From Lysobacterales bacterium (GTDB taxonomy: Bacteria > Pseudomonadota > Gammaproteobacteria > Xanthomonadales > SZUA-5), in contig JALHMH010000018.1 in NCBI GenBank assembly GCA_022844165.1, positions 1 through 64,000 of the forward strand: a stretch of DNA of 64,000 nucleotides, in the 5' to 3' direction. The position numbers were made by a program, and so were the translations under genes. Under the pieces are notes generated by a model. It was not told the origin of the DNA, did not search any database, and saw only the letters and a list, made by a program, of their open reading frames with translations. Numbering within the stretch: position 1 is the first letter of the stretch; every line of letters begins with the position of its first letter. Positions 47,509-57,562 of this stretch are shown here, piece after piece.

Positions 47509-48585
47509 ATGAGTGCAACACTGACGATCGTGCTTTACGGGGGCGATCGCGTGCGACGCGAAGCGCTGCGGGCGACGGCAATGGCGGTTGCGGGCGAACA
47601 TGCAGTCGTCGTTTTGTCGGTTGAGCGCCAGGCGGACGCTGAAGGCGACACGTCGATCGACGTATCGTCGCACCACGCCGCGCAGTCGCTGGTGGATGTG
47701 CTTGCCGCGCATCGAGATTTCGAGCGCGTTGGGCTGTTCGGCGCTATTGCGGGTGGTCTTGAGGTGAGCGCTGGCGCTGTTGTGCACGGTGCGAATGTAC
47801 CTTTCGGAGGGCTGGGAATGGCCACCGCACAGGCAGCGCTGCTGACACGCGCTGCTGAACCCATGAGCGACCGCGGGCGCGTGGTCTGGATTGCGCTGTT
47901 ATCGGCGGCCATCAAGTCCCTGTCGCCAGCTGGACAGCGAATCCGTCCAATGATCGCGATCGCGATGCAAGGCTGGCTGTACTCGCGCGCGTTGCGTTTG
48001 CTCGGCTGGAATCTTGCAGCCGTCGCCTTCGGTGGGTTCTTGATGGGCGCCTGGGCCTGTTCGCAAGGCGTGCTGCTGCAATGGTTGCTGGTGGGCGATG
48101 CGCTCATCGTCGCGCTGAAGGTGCTGGCTAACGAAGCCGCAGGGTTCATCGGCGTTAACGCGCCGCCATTGGCCTTGCTGCTGATCGTCTGGGTTGCGGC
48201 GCATGGGTTGATCGTGGCGGTCGGTACCGCAATGGCATGGCGGCGGCGATTCGATGCGCCGCCTGAGCGCATCGTGGCCTTCGGATTGATGGTGCCGAGC
48301 GGCGATCGCCGCTGGTGGCAGACGCTGGTCCATGCGTTTCGCGAGTTGCTCCGGCCTACGTTCTGGTTGCCGCTCGTGCTGATTCTAGGCGCACTGGCTT
48401 GGGCCGGTCAGCCGCAACAGAGCCTGGTCTTTGTTGCGCTGCGCGCCATGACGATTGCGCTCATCCTGATGGTCCTGGTGCAGCGATTGAATCTATCGGC
48501 GCTGCCAGAACGACTGCAAAAACTGGGTTATTGGGGCCCGGCGCTGGCATGGCGCCAGGCCCTGGTGCGCCTAGGCCTGCGCTGA
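47509..48585 (+). CDS. Hypothetical multi-pass membrane protein
   Basis: Long ORF with several hydrophobic helices; no family recognised; alternative ATG at 47476 lies inside the repeat. Confidence 0.7.
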   Translation: MSATLTIVLYGGDRVRREALRATAMAVAGEHAVVVLSVERQADAEGDTSIDVSSHHAAQSLVDVLAAHRDFERVGLFGAIAGGLEVSAGAVVHGANVPFGGLGMATAQAALLTRAAEPMSDRGRVVWIALLSAAIKSLSPAGQRIRPMIAIAMQGWLYSRALRLLGWNLAAVAFGGFLMGAWACSQGVLLQWLLVGDALIVALKVLANEAAGFIGVNAPPLALLLIVWVAAHGLIVAVGTAMAWRRRFDAPPERIVAFGLMVPSGDRRWWQTLVHAFRELLRPTFWLPLVLILGALAWAGQPQQSLVFVALRAMTIALILMVLVQRLNLSALPERLQKLGYWGPALAWRQALVRLGLR

Positions 48586-49356
48586 CAGTGCGATCACATA
48601 CGTCAGCGCGCCGGTCGGGTCGCCGATCATGCCAATGCGGCCAACGCCTGGGGCATCGAACGCCGGCACGCAGACCGATCCGCCCAGTTCCACAGCGCGT
48701 TCGATCGTCTCGTCGGTGTTGGCCACGACCACATAAAGCGACCAGGCAGAAGGCATGTCGCCCCATTCTTTTGTCATTGGGATAAAGCCGCCGTAACGCG
48801 TATCGCCGGCCGAATACTCGGTATACATCAGATCGGCAAAATTCGGCATCGGCGATTCCTTATAAGACCAGCCGAAAAGCTCACCATAGAAGTGGCGCAT
48901 GCCCGGTACATCGCGTGTCGCCAATTCGACCCAACCAAAGGCGTTCTCCTCGAACATTGCAAAGTCGCCGTCGCCGCTGGTGGCCGATTGCCACAGCGCA
49001 AAGACGGCGCCGCCTGGATCGGCCAGGAAAACGCCGCGGCCATGGCCTGGCGCCTCGAAGGGTTCCATGAAGACGTTCGCCCCAAGCGATTTCGCTTTCG
49101 CGATGCTGGCTTCAAGGTCGGCCACTGCAAAATACGCGGCCCAGCGCGAAGGCCCATCGACGCCAGGTGGCATACCGGCCAGTGCGCCGACCGTGCCGGT
49201 GGTATTGCGTAAAAAGGTGTACGGGCCCATTCCCACGTGGTTAACCTCGCCCTGCCAGCCGAACAGAGCGCCGTAAAACACGGCTGACGCATCGGGATTC
49301 GTGCTGGACAGCTCGAACCAGCATGGAGCGCCCATCGGCAGCGATACGATTGCCAC
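48571..49356 (-). CDS. VOC/glyoxalase family protein (two VOC modules)
   Basis: PCWFELSS..FYGALFGW..DPGGAVFALWQ and GWVELAT..FYGELFGW..DPTGA; GAGAGG RBS before GTG. Confidence 0.9.
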   Translation of the reverse strand: MAIVSLPMGAPCWFELSSTNPDASAVFYGALFGWQGEVNHVGMGPYTFLRNTTGTVGALAGMPPGVDGPSRWAAYFAVADLEASIAKAKSLGANVFMEPFEAPGHGRGVFLADPGGAVFALWQSATSGDGDFAMFEENAFGWVELATRDVPGMRHFYGELFGWSYKESPMPNFADLMYTEYSAGDTRYGGFIPMTKEWGDMPSAWSLYVVVANTDETIERAVELGGSVCVPAFDAPGVGRIGMIGDPTGALTYVIALSAQA

Positions 49357-49467
49357 GACACAACCTCTCGTTTTCGAATGCGAACCTGGATTCTGCGAGC
49401 GAAAGGTGGCGCCGTAAAGGTATCGTCGCCGCATACTGCACCACGAACCGATGGTTGAGAGCGAGCC

Positions 49468-50010
49468 ATGAGCCTGGAAAAAGTCCCCGCTGGCGCCGAT
49501 GTGCCCAACGAAGTGAACGTCATCATCGAAATCCCGATGAATGCGGAACCTGTCAAGTACGAAGTCGACAAGGCCTCCGGGGCGATTTTCGTGGATCGCG
49601 TACTGACCACGCCAATGCGCTACCCATGCAACTACGGCTACATCCCGCGCACATTGTCGGGTGATGGCGACCCATCCGACGTACTGGTTGTGATGCCGCT
49701 GCCACTGATCCCTGGCTCGGTGATCCGCGTACGCCCCATTGGCCTGCTCTCGATGGAAGACGAAGCGGGCGAGGACACCAAGTTGATCGCTTTGCCGATC
49801 ATCAAAGTGTTCTCCGCATACGCACACATGCACACGATCGATGACGTGCCACAGCACACGTTGGATCGCATTCGACACTTCTTCGAACACTACAAAGACC
49901 TCGAAAAAGGTAAGTGGGTCAAGGTGCGCGGCTGGCAAGGTATTGATGCGGCCAAACAAGACATCTTAGATGCCGTTGCGCGATACGCTGGCGGCAGCGC
50001 AGGCGCGTAA
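49468..50010 (+). CDS. ppa: Inorganic pyrophosphatase
   Basis: [35 protein letters not shown]. Confidence 0.97.
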   Translation: MSLEKVPAGADVPNEVNVIIEIPMNAEPVKYEVDKASGAIFVDRVLTTPMRYPCNYGYIPRTLSGDGDPSDVLVVMPLPLIPGSVIRVRPIGLLSMEDEAGEDTKLIALPIIKVFSAYAHMHTIDDVPQHTLDRIRHFFEHYKDLEKGKWVKVRGWQGIDAAKQDILDAVARYAGGSAGA

Positions 50011-50166
50011 AGCCATTGCAGCCGTCGTGAATTCTCACCGGAAGTGAGAATGTTGCGGCATGCGGCTTTGCGTGTTCCGAAATTGACCCTCAATCACGCT
50101 TCCTCGATTTACTTCGCTTCTGCATCGGCGTAACTTCGGCTCGACAAGACCGTATCGGGCAGGGCG

Positions 50167-51684
50167 ATGGTCGAAATCGAAGAGACATTTCAATTTGCTG
50201 CGGAGGTCGAGTCGCTCGAGCCATGGAATGTGCTCGTGGTCGACGACGAGCCGGCGGTTCACGAGGTGACCAAGCTGGTTCTCGGCAGTTTTACGTTCGA
50301 AGACCGCCCGCTAAAGTTCCTGCATGCCTATTCGGCCTCGCAGGCGCGCGAGCTGATGCGCGCAAGCTCAGATCTGGCCGTGTTGTTGCTGGATGTGGTG
50401 ATGGAGTCGGATCAAGCCGGCCTTGATCTGGTCAAGTATGTGCGCAGCGAGTTGCACAACCATTTTGTCCGCATCGTCTTGCGTACCGGTCAACCAGGGC
50501 AGGCACCCGAGCATGAAGTCATTACCAACTACGACATCAACGATTACAAGGACAAAACGGAACTGACGGCCCAGAAGCTGCGCACCATGATGTACGCAAC
50601 GCTGCGTGCCTATCGCGACGTGATGCTGATCGAACGTAATCGCCAGGGACTGGAACGCGTTATCGCCGCATCGGCGCATATTTTTTCGCACCAGAAATCG
50701 CACGAGTTCGCTTCCGCTGTGCTGGGCCAGCTCGGCAATGTCGTCGGCCTCGCGAAAGGGGCGATGTATTGCAAACCCGTTGAGCAAGGCGAGAGCCGGC
50801 AGTTGGTGGTCGCAGCAGCAACCGGCGACTACGAAAAATTCGTCAACGAAACGGTCGATCAGGCGTTGCCAAAACACTTGATTGACTCGCTCCGCATGGC
50901 GTTCTCGCAAAAGCAGAATTTGTTTGCGGACGATCACTACGTACTGCACTTCACCGACAGCCATGCGACCGAGAGTTTGTTGTACGTGGGCGAAACACCG
51001 CGCCTGCGCGAGGTGGACTATCGCCTGGTGCAGCTGTTTTGCACCAATGTATCGATCGCCTTCGAGAACCTGCACCTCAACAAAGAGCTGTTCGAGAGTC
51101 AGCTGGAGATGGTCTATCTGCTGGCCGGCGCTGCCGAAACGCGTTCCCGGGAAACGGCGAATCACGTGCGGCGAGTGGGTCTGCTGGCGGAGCTGATCGG
51201 ATTGCAGTGCGGTTTGGACCAGAACGATGCCGCGATGTTGCGTTTTGCCGCGCCGCTTCACGATATCGGCAAAATCGGCATTCCCGATTCGATACTCAAC
51301 AAGCCGGGTGCACACACACCGGAAGAGTCTGTCGTCATGCGTTCGCATGCCGAACTCGGTGCGCAGATGTTGGGCGCGTCCAAGCGCCCGCTGATGCAGC
51401 TCGCGGCTCAGGTCGCCCGCGAGCATCACGAAAACTGGGATGGGTCTGGCTACCCGAGCGGAACGAGAGGTGATCGGATCGGTCTGGCCGGGCGAATTGT
51501 TGCACTGGTAGACGTGTTCGATGCGCTTGGCAGTCACCGCTGTTACAAGCGCGCCTGGGGCGATGACGAGGTAAGGGCTTTTATTCAGGGCCAGTCCGGG
51601 CGCAAATTCGACCCGCAGCTGGTCGAGGTGCTGTTTTCGGTGTGGGATCAAGCGCAGGAAATTCGGCGAACGCTGCCGGACTGA
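50167..51684 (+). CDS. Response regulator with DUF3369-like and HD-GYP domains
   Basis: VVDDEP, LLDVVME, RTGQPGQAPE, YDINDYKDK; LHDIGKIGIPD, HHENWDGSGYP. Confidence 0.92.
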   Translation: MVEIEETFQFAAEVESLEPWNVLVVDDEPAVHEVTKLVLGSFTFEDRPLKFLHAYSASQARELMRASSDLAVLLLDVVMESDQAGLDLVKYVRSELHNHFVRIVLRTGQPGQAPEHEVITNYDINDYKDKTELTAQKLRTMMYATLRAYRDVMLIERNRQGLERVIAASAHIFSHQKSHEFASAVLGQLGNVVGLAKGAMYCKPVEQGESRQLVVAAATGDYEKFVNETVDQALPKHLIDSLRMAFSQKQNLFADDHYVLHFTDSHATESLLYVGETPRLREVDYRLVQLFCTNVSIAFENLHLNKELFESQLEMVYLLAGAAETRSRETANHVRRVGLLAELIGLQCGLDQNDAAMLRFAAPLHDIGKIGIPDSILNKPGAHTPEESVVMRSHAELGAQMLGASKRPLMQLAAQVAREHHENWDGSGYPSGTRGDRIGLAGRIVALVDVFDALGSHRCYKRAWGDDEVRAFIQGQSGRKFDPQLVEVLFSVWDQAQEIRRTLPD

Positions 51685-51702
51685 AGCGTCATTGCGGCAC
51701 GG

Positions 51703-53052
51703 TCATTTGTCCTTCTGCAGCTCCCGCCAGTCGAATTCGTAATCCCATAGATCGAAGTACAGATTGCCACCACGCCACTCGACCTCGCCGCGCTGCGAAT
51801 CGACGGTCTCGCTGCGCGCGAACTGTTTGGCAGGCGAAAACGGCCGACCCCAGTCGTCGTTGAACACGATGCGATAACCATCCATCCCGCCAAAATAGAA
51901 GTGACGCACACGCGGATCTTCGCTGGTGAGCAGACCGTGGGTCGGGTCGAGCGGCACCCATCCCCAGGGCGGCAACCACACTTGCAGCCAATCGTGCATC
52001 GTATCGAACTCGGTCGGCGAGAGCTGCCATCCCGATTGCCAGCGCGCCGGGATTCCGCGCGCGCGCAGCGCCGCAATCAACAACATGGCTTTTTCGCCGC
52101 AGTCGGCGGAAGGCGACATCAAGGCATGTTCTGCCAGATGCTCAATGGTGGAGTATTCGCGCGCCACGGCCCAAGGTTTGGCCGCCACTTGCGTAAACAA
52201 GCGACGCGCAATGTCCAAAGAACTGTCGTCATCGGCCGGTGCGCCGGCAAATTGGGCGATCGCCGGCGTCACCACCAGATGTGGCGCCCGTGGCTCCAGA
52301 TCCGCTACCCATCGCATTCGATCTGGTACGCGGGGTTGCTCAGCCCCGGCGGAATCGAGCAACGCAACGCGCGTGTACGTCCGCAGCCTGTAGCGAATCC
52401 AGACGTGTGTCGCCAAGTTCTCCTGGGCGACGGTTTCGAGATAAACCGTGCGCTGCAGATCTGAGTTCGGCGCCACCCGTGCAGGCACCGATGCCGCCAG
52501 CAGTTCGATTTGGTCTTGCGTCCCGGCGACTTCGCGTGGAAACGGTATCCAGATCCGCAGGGTCTCGCCAGCTGGTACTGCGCCAGCGGCAACGGTCATA
52601 CGATGCGTCACCTCAAATCGTCGCGGATCCAATGAAACGAGCGAGTGGCGCGCCCCCGCCGCCTCGCCGGCGGCGAGCCAAAGCGCATGCAGAGGATGTG
52701 CCCCGTACAGCGGGCCATCATCAATGGCCGGCTTGAGGGCAAGACGTGCCGCATCGGCATCAATCAGCGGCAGATTGCGCACGGCGCGGTGGAACCATCG
52801 GCGCTCCCCGTCAAGTACCAGTGACGGCAACAGTCCCTGCTGAGTGTAGCGATCAAGCATGGCATCGTTGCCGCCGTCGACGTGCTCTCGCAGTTGCTTA
52901 AGCGTGGCCGCCCGATCATGCGGGAAATCGAGCGCGATACGCCGCGCCAGCTCGCCGCGGTCAATATCCACTGCGCTGGCGCCTTGTACCCAAAAGGCCA
53001 AAACCAGCGTACTATTTTGGAGAATGCGCGAGTGAATCCGGAACCTGAACAT
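51703..53052 (-). CDS. Transglutaminase-like domain protein
   Basis: ADCGE, RARGIPARWQSG, HDW...WVPLD Cys-His-Asp triad; start uncertain because it overlaps the divergent gene. Confidence 0.85.
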   Translation of the reverse strand: MFRFRIHSRILQNSTLVLAFWVQGASAVDIDRGELARRIALDFPHDRAATLKQLREHVDGGNDAMLDRYTQQGLLPSLVLDGERRWFHRAVRNLPLIDADAARLALKPAIDDGPLYGAHPLHALWLAAGEAAGARHSLVSLDPRRFEVTHRMTVAAGAVPAGETLRIWIPFPREVAGTQDQIELLAASVPARVAPNSDLQRTVYLETVAQENLATHVWIRYRLRTYTRVALLDSAGAEQPRVPDRMRWVADLEPRAPHLVVTPAIAQFAGAPADDDSSLDIARRLFTQVAAKPWAVAREYSTIEHLAEHALMSPSADCGEKAMLLIAALRARGIPARWQSGWQLSPTEFDTMHDWLQVWLPPWGWVPLDPTHGLLTSEDPRVRHFYFGGMDGYRIVFNDDWGRPFSPAKQFARSETVDSQRGEVEWRGGNLYFDLWDYEFDWRELQKDK

Positions 53053-53557
53053 GAGAAGTGCCATACTGATTTTTCTGTCGATGCTGATTGTGAGCAGTGC
53101 TCAGGCCATCACGGACCCCAATCGCCCGTTGCAACTCGATGAGATTGCGGACGAAGCACAGCTTGCTGTGGATCTCGCGCGTTCCGGCCAGTATGGCAAG
53201 CTTTCGACACGCCAGATCAAATTGGTCAATGCAGCGCTCGATACCATCCAGGCGATCGCCCAAACAAACGCCTCGCTGGGCGATCTGGACCAGACCGAAC
53301 GGCGCGAGTTGCGCAATTCGCGCATCCGAATGGACAAAATTCTGCGCGTTCGTAACAAACACCGCATCGTATGCACGAGCGAGGCAAAGACAGGCAGTCG
53401 ACTTGGACGCCAATTGTGCCTGACGGTCGCGCAGCGCGAAGAGCGTGCGCGCAATTCAAAACGCCAGGCACGCGACCTCCAGCGGGGTTATTGCATACCC
53501 GGCGAAAATGCACGATGCGAACTGCTTCAACCGATTGGATCTGGAACCGGTTCGTAA
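53051..53557 (+). CDS. Secreted Cys-containing hypothetical protein, paralog 1
   Basis: Signal peptide; IVCTSEAKTGSRLGRQLCLT motif; near-identical to the next gene. Confidence 0.8.
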   Translation: MRSAILIFLSMLIVSSAQAITDPNRPLQLDEIADEAQLAVDLARSGQYGKLSTRQIKLVNAALDTIQAIAQTNASLGDLDQTERRELRNSRIRMDKILRVRNKHRIVCTSEAKTGSRLGRQLCLTVAQREERARNSKRQARDLQRGYCIPGENARCELLQPIGSGTGS

Positions 53558-53630
53558 GGTGGCTCACATCGCGGTCGGCTTTCGATCGGCGTACGGTTCC
53601 GACGCAGTTTCGCCAAGGGAGGGTTTGTCG

Positions 53631-54113
53631 ATGAGAAGTACCCTGATGATTCTATTTTGGATGCTGATTGTGAGCAGTGCTCACGCCATCACGGATCCCA
53701 ATCGGCCTTTGCAACTCGACGAAATCGCCGACGAAGCTCAGCTCGCGGTCGACTTGGCGCGCTCTGGTCAATATGGCAAGCTTTCGACTCGGCAGATGAA
53801 GTTGGTCAATGCAGCGCTCGACACCATCCAGTCGATCGCGCAGAAAAATGCGTCGCTCGGCGATCTGGACGAAACGGAACGGCGCAATTTGCGCAATGCC
53901 CGGATTCGCATGGACAAAATACTGCGCGTTCGAAACAAGCACCGCATCGTATGCACGAGCGAGGCAAAGACAGGCAGTCGACTTGGACGCCAATTGTGCC
54001 TGACGGTCGCGCAGCGCGAAGAGCGGGCACGCAATTCGAAACGACAGACGAGAGATTTGCAGCGCGGCTACTGCATTCCAAGCCCGGCATCGGCGTGCAC
54101 GAAAGCGAATTGA
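53631..54113 (+). CDS. Secreted Cys-containing hypothetical protein, paralog 2
   Basis: GGGAGG RBS; same core as 53051..53557 with a different C-terminal tail. Confidence 0.82.
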   Translation: MRSTLMILFWMLIVSSAHAITDPNRPLQLDEIADEAQLAVDLARSGQYGKLSTRQMKLVNAALDTIQSIAQKNASLGDLDETERRNLRNARIRMDKILRVRNKHRIVCTSEAKTGSRLGRQLCLTVAQREERARNSKRQTRDLQRGYCIPSPASACTKAN

Positions 54114-54206
54114 CCCGCAGCGCGTCACGGTCCCGTCGGGCCCCGTGGCAAGCCGCTGGGCGTTCGCCGTCTGGGCCGGCATGCCGATCCCGCACCGTCA
54201 GAGGCG

Positions 54207-54887
54207 TCAGTGCGAAAACCAACCGGAGATCGCCAACCTCGGGACGTTGGCCATGGCGCCGACCGCTGTAACATGGTGCAAGTGCGGTACTCGGAAGATT
54301 AGTAGTCGATTGAACGTAGGTTTGATTGCGTACTGCACGTCGTCGCGTTCATCCGTGAATGCCAGCAACCCGCCGAAGTCGCTCTGCCAGCCTTGCGTCA
54401 GATACAACACATAAGCGAAGCGGCGGCGCTCTTCTTCCAGCACATCATTGTGCGTCCGCAAGAAATGGCCTGGGCGATACCGCGTCGCCTGTGCGTCGAC
54501 GCGGCGAATCGCCGCATCGCCCGTCATCGTGCGCGCAACGCCGAGAAACGCGGGACTGTTGAAGTACTCCAAAAGTTCGCGCAACAGCGGCACGCGTCGA
54601 TCGTTCGCCAAATGCGCTTTAACCAGGTGGTAACCATCGTACAAGTAAGTAAAGCGCTGCTGGCTCGTCGACAGAGATTGCAGGGCGTGCTGTTCGGCGA
54701 TTGCATCGACATCGGTTTCCAGATCCTGGCCATCGATTCGATACGCAAGCCGGTATGGCGTCTGGTCCGCCAATACCCGGTAAAGCGCATTCGCACGCTC
54801 GGGGATCAGTACATTCGGTATGTCGACCAGCCCATACTGTTGCAGCGTTCGGCCGAAGTCCGACCAGGAGATCGAATCATTGAGCAT
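54207..54887 (-). CDS. 2OG-Fe(II) oxygenase (prolyl-hydroxylase-like)
   Basis: YRPGHFLRTHND (HxD), FAYVLYL, GGLL, PTFNRL, HHV, RLAISGWF. Confidence 0.88.
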   Translation of the reverse strand: MLNDSISWSDFGRTLQQYGLVDIPNVLIPERANALYRVLADQTPYRLAYRIDGQDLETDVDAIAEQHALQSLSTSQQRFTYLYDGYHLVKAHLANDRRVPLLRELLEYFNSPAFLGVARTMTGDAAIRRVDAQATRYRPGHFLRTHNDVLEEERRRFAYVLYLTQGWQSDFGGLLAFTDERDDVQYAIKPTFNRLLIFRVPHLHHVTAVGAMANVPRLAISGWFSH

Positions 54888-54971
54888 CGGCGTTCGTCGT
54901 CGGTGCGGTGCTGGCATTCTGCGTGAATTTGGACCGCATCGCTCGGTTTTGCCATCGAATCGAAAGAGCCT

Positions 54972-55802
54972 ATGTTGCCTTCTTCCATCCGTCGACTATT
55001 GCTGCTGATCTTGCTACTGCCAGCGATGGCCTGGGTGGCTGCGGTAGCGATGATCTGGTGGACGCAAGAACGGCTGCTCTTCTTTCCCACCGTCTTGCCG
55101 CCAGATACGCCGTTAGCCATCGCGCCGAAGGTTTTCGAACGCAGCGTCGAGGTTTCCGGCGCACGATTATCGTTGCTCGAACTGCGGCTGGACGCGCCAA
55201 GCGGCGTGGTTTTTTTCCTACATGGTAACGGCGGCAGTTTGCGCGAGTGGTTCGTCGACCCGGAGCTCTACCGGCAGGCGAATTTCGATTTGGTGATGAT
55301 GGACTACCGCGGCTACGGCAAGAGCAGTGGAGAAATCGAAAGCGAAGCGCAGTTGCATTCCGATGTGCGCCGGGTATGGGATACCGTGGCGCCCAGATAC
55401 AAAGACCTGCCGATCGTGATCTATGGGCGCTCGCTTGGCACCGCGCTGGCGGCCCAGCTGGCCAGCGAGATCGATCCACAGTTGACGGTATTGGTATCGC
55501 CCTATCGCAGCATGGTCGCCCTGGCGCGGCATGACTATCCCTGGGTGCCACCGTTTGCGGTGCGCTATCCACTACGGACCGACGCTGCACTGCTCGGCGT
55601 CACTGGCCCGGTGCTCATTTTCCACGGCGACCGCGATACATTGATTCCGCTGGAGCATGGTCGCGCATTGGCCGCTATGCACCCCAGTGCGCGCCTGCAC
55701 GCTATCGCTGGCGCAGGTCATGACGATGTGCACCATTTCGATCAGTATCGCCATGCGCTCGCAGGTGCTTTGCAGGCCATTGCATTGAAGCGAGACAACT
55801 GA
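54972..55802 (+). CDS. Alpha/beta hydrolase (Bem46/ABHD13-like)
   Basis: N-terminal TM, QERLLFFP, HGNGG, DYRGYGKS, GRSLG, HGDRD, AGHDD. Confidence 0.9.
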   Translation: MLPSSIRRLLLLILLLPAMAWVAAVAMIWWTQERLLFFPTVLPPDTPLAIAPKVFERSVEVSGARLSLLELRLDAPSGVVFFLHGNGGSLREWFVDPELYRQANFDLVMMDYRGYGKSSGEIESEAQLHSDVRRVWDTVAPRYKDLPIVIYGRSLGTALAAQLASEIDPQLTVLVSPYRSMVALARHDYPWVPPFAVRYPLRTDAALLGVTGPVLIFHGDRDTLIPLEHGRALAAMHPSARLHAIAGAGHDDVHHFDQYRHALAGALQAIALKRDN

Positions 55803-55844
55803 GACATGGCGCGCTTTGCGTCAACTGGCGAGCCGCTTCAAGGA

Positions 55845-56246
55845 TCAGGCCCGGTGCGATGCGCCGGGCGATGGCGATCGCAGGTTGCGTTGCGCAGCAG
55901 CCGCTATTACCAGCAATGCAATCGCGACAACATCCGCGATCACGACGGGCATCAGCGCGTCTGGCAAGCCGCCCACCAACGCGATGCATAGAAAGCCGAT
56001 GTCGCTGAGCAGTACCAGAGAAATGGCGATTGGCCGCAGCACCGCGTTGCGCATCGCCACCAGCAGCAGGGCGGCGAAGAGCGCGAACATCATGGCGCGA
56101 TGGCGCAGCAGCAGCAGCGAGGTAGCGTCGATGTTGTCGAGGTCATAAAGCGCTTGCAGTTGCGTCGCCCCGAGCACGCCGGGCAGCGGCAGCAAGTGAA
56201 TCAACGCGACCAGCGCCAGCGCTGCCAACACGATTTGCTGTCTCAT
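55845..56246 (-). CDS. Small membrane protein
   Basis: IHLLPLPGVLG..LQALY..LLRHRA motif, four TMs; 4-bp overlap with the upstream gene. Confidence 0.7.
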   Translation of the reverse strand: MRQQIVLAALALVALIHLLPLPGVLGATQLQALYDLDNIDATSLLLLRHRAMMFALFAALLLVAMRNAVLRPIAISLVLLSDIGFLCIALVGGLPDALMPVVIADVVAIALLVIAAAAQRNLRSPSPGASHRA

Positions 56247-56644
56247 GGTGCGACCGCCGCCGATTGACCCAATCCGACGTACTGAAGTCCGGCAAAGACC
56301 GCCACCGCAAGCGCCTGGCCAACCAGCAACACGATGCCTGGGGTACTCGGCTGGATCCAGTCCGACCCTGCGAGCAGCAGGCTGGCAACCATCCAAAGCG
56401 AGTTGCCAGCGATGACGACCCACACCCACCGTGTATCGATCCGCGGTTTCGTGCTGAACCAACCGATCGTCAAACCATAGCTCAACATAAACAAACCGGC
56501 AGCGGAAGTCGTGGCAGCGCTCGCGCCCAACCAGGTCGCGACCGAGCTCTTGCCAATCAACGTCAGCGCACCCACGAGGGAGCTGCCGGCGGCATCAAGA
56601 CGTAACGCGAATCGAAGCAATGGGGACATGAAAAGCATGAACAT
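56243..56644 (-). CDS. Small membrane protein
   Basis: LRFALRLDA...VIAGNSLW...QALAVAVFAGLQY; four TMs; start among several Met codons. Confidence 0.72.
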   Translation of the reverse strand: MFMLFMSPLLRFALRLDAAGSSLVGALTLIGKSSVATWLGASAATTSAAGLFMLSYGLTIGWFSTKPRIDTRWVWVVIAGNSLWMVASLLLAGSDWIQPSTPGIVLLVGQALAVAVFAGLQYVGLGQSAAVAP

Positions 56645-56699
56645 GGCGAACACTCCGTATGAGGTGGCGATAGCTTCGGTGTCGCCAGTAACGGTGTCG

Positions 56700-56716
56700 A
56701 TTACCTGTTGGGTAAT
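56700..56716. promoter_or_regulatory. Putative operator palindrome for the XRE regulator
   Basis: ATTACC-N5-GGTAAT in the divergent intergenic region. Confidence 0.5.
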
Positions 56717-56750
56717 GGGTCGCAGCAGCGATCCGAGCTAAGATCGCCCA

Positions 56751-57548
56751 ATGAAAAACATTGAATTGGGCGCACTGTTGCGCGACTGGCGTCAGCGCCG
56801 CCGATTGAGTCAACTCGATCTGGCGGGTGATGCGCGCATCTCAACGCGCCACTTGAGTTTTATCGAAACCGGACGCTCTCGCCCCAGTCGCGGCTTGATC
56901 TTGCATTTGGGCGAGTTGTTGGACTTGCCGCTACGCGAGCGCAATCGTTTGCTGCTTGCCGCCGGTTTTGCGCCGCACTTTGCCGAGAACGCACTGGTGT
57001 CCGCGCCTCTGCAACCAGCAATCGATGCGCTGCAGCAGCTGTTACGCGTACACGATCCGAATCCAGCTGTGGTTGTCGATCGCCATTGGAACCTGGTGCT
57101 TGCCAACCGCATGGCGGAACGCTTGCTGGCCAATGTCGCGCCCGAATTGTTGCCACCCAACTGCAATGTGCTGCGACTGACGTTGCATCCCCAAGGCCTG
57201 GCCCCGGCGATCGTTAATCTGGGCGAGTGGCGTGCGCATTTGTTGTCGCGGCTGCGGCGTCAGATCGCGATGAGTGGCGACACCAAGCTGTCTGAACTGC
57301 TCCGGGAACTGAGTGGTTACGCGCCGCTGCCCGATGAAGATCAGCCTGGCGGCTACGCCTCGCCAGCACCCGATGTGCTGGTGCTGTTCCGTTTGCGCAG
57401 CCCGGTCGGCGAACTGAGGTTGTTCAGCACCATGACCGTGTTCGGCACACCCGTGGACATCACGCTTTCCGAACTGGCGCTGGAGTCGTTTTATCCGGCC
57501 GACGCCAGCACAGCCGACAACCTGCGAAAACTGGCGAATTCGCCGTAA
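56751..57548 (+). CDS. XRE-family HTH regulator with MmyB-like ligand-binding domain
   Basis: LRDWRQRRRLSQLDLA..ISTRHLSFIETGRSRPS; PAVVVDRHWN; TVFGTP.DITLSELALESFYPAD. Confidence 0.92.
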   Translation: MKNIELGALLRDWRQRRRLSQLDLAGDARISTRHLSFIETGRSRPSRGLILHLGELLDLPLRERNRLLLAAGFAPHFAENALVSAPLQPAIDALQQLLRVHDPNPAVVVDRHWNLVLANRMAERLLANVAPELLPPNCNVLRLTLHPQGLAPAIVNLGEWRAHLLSRLRRQIAMSGDTKLSELLRELSGYAPLPDEDQPGGYASPAPDVLVLFRLRSPVGELRLFSTMTVFGTPVDITLSELALESFYPADASTADNLRKLANSP

Positions 57549-57562
57549 CGAACGCCGCGCGC

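Noticed and set aside
48571-49959. 462-aa ORF suggesting a fusion onto the VOC protein
   Set aside because: The N-terminal extension is antisense to ppa; an RBS and GTG at 49356 give a normal two-module VOC protein.
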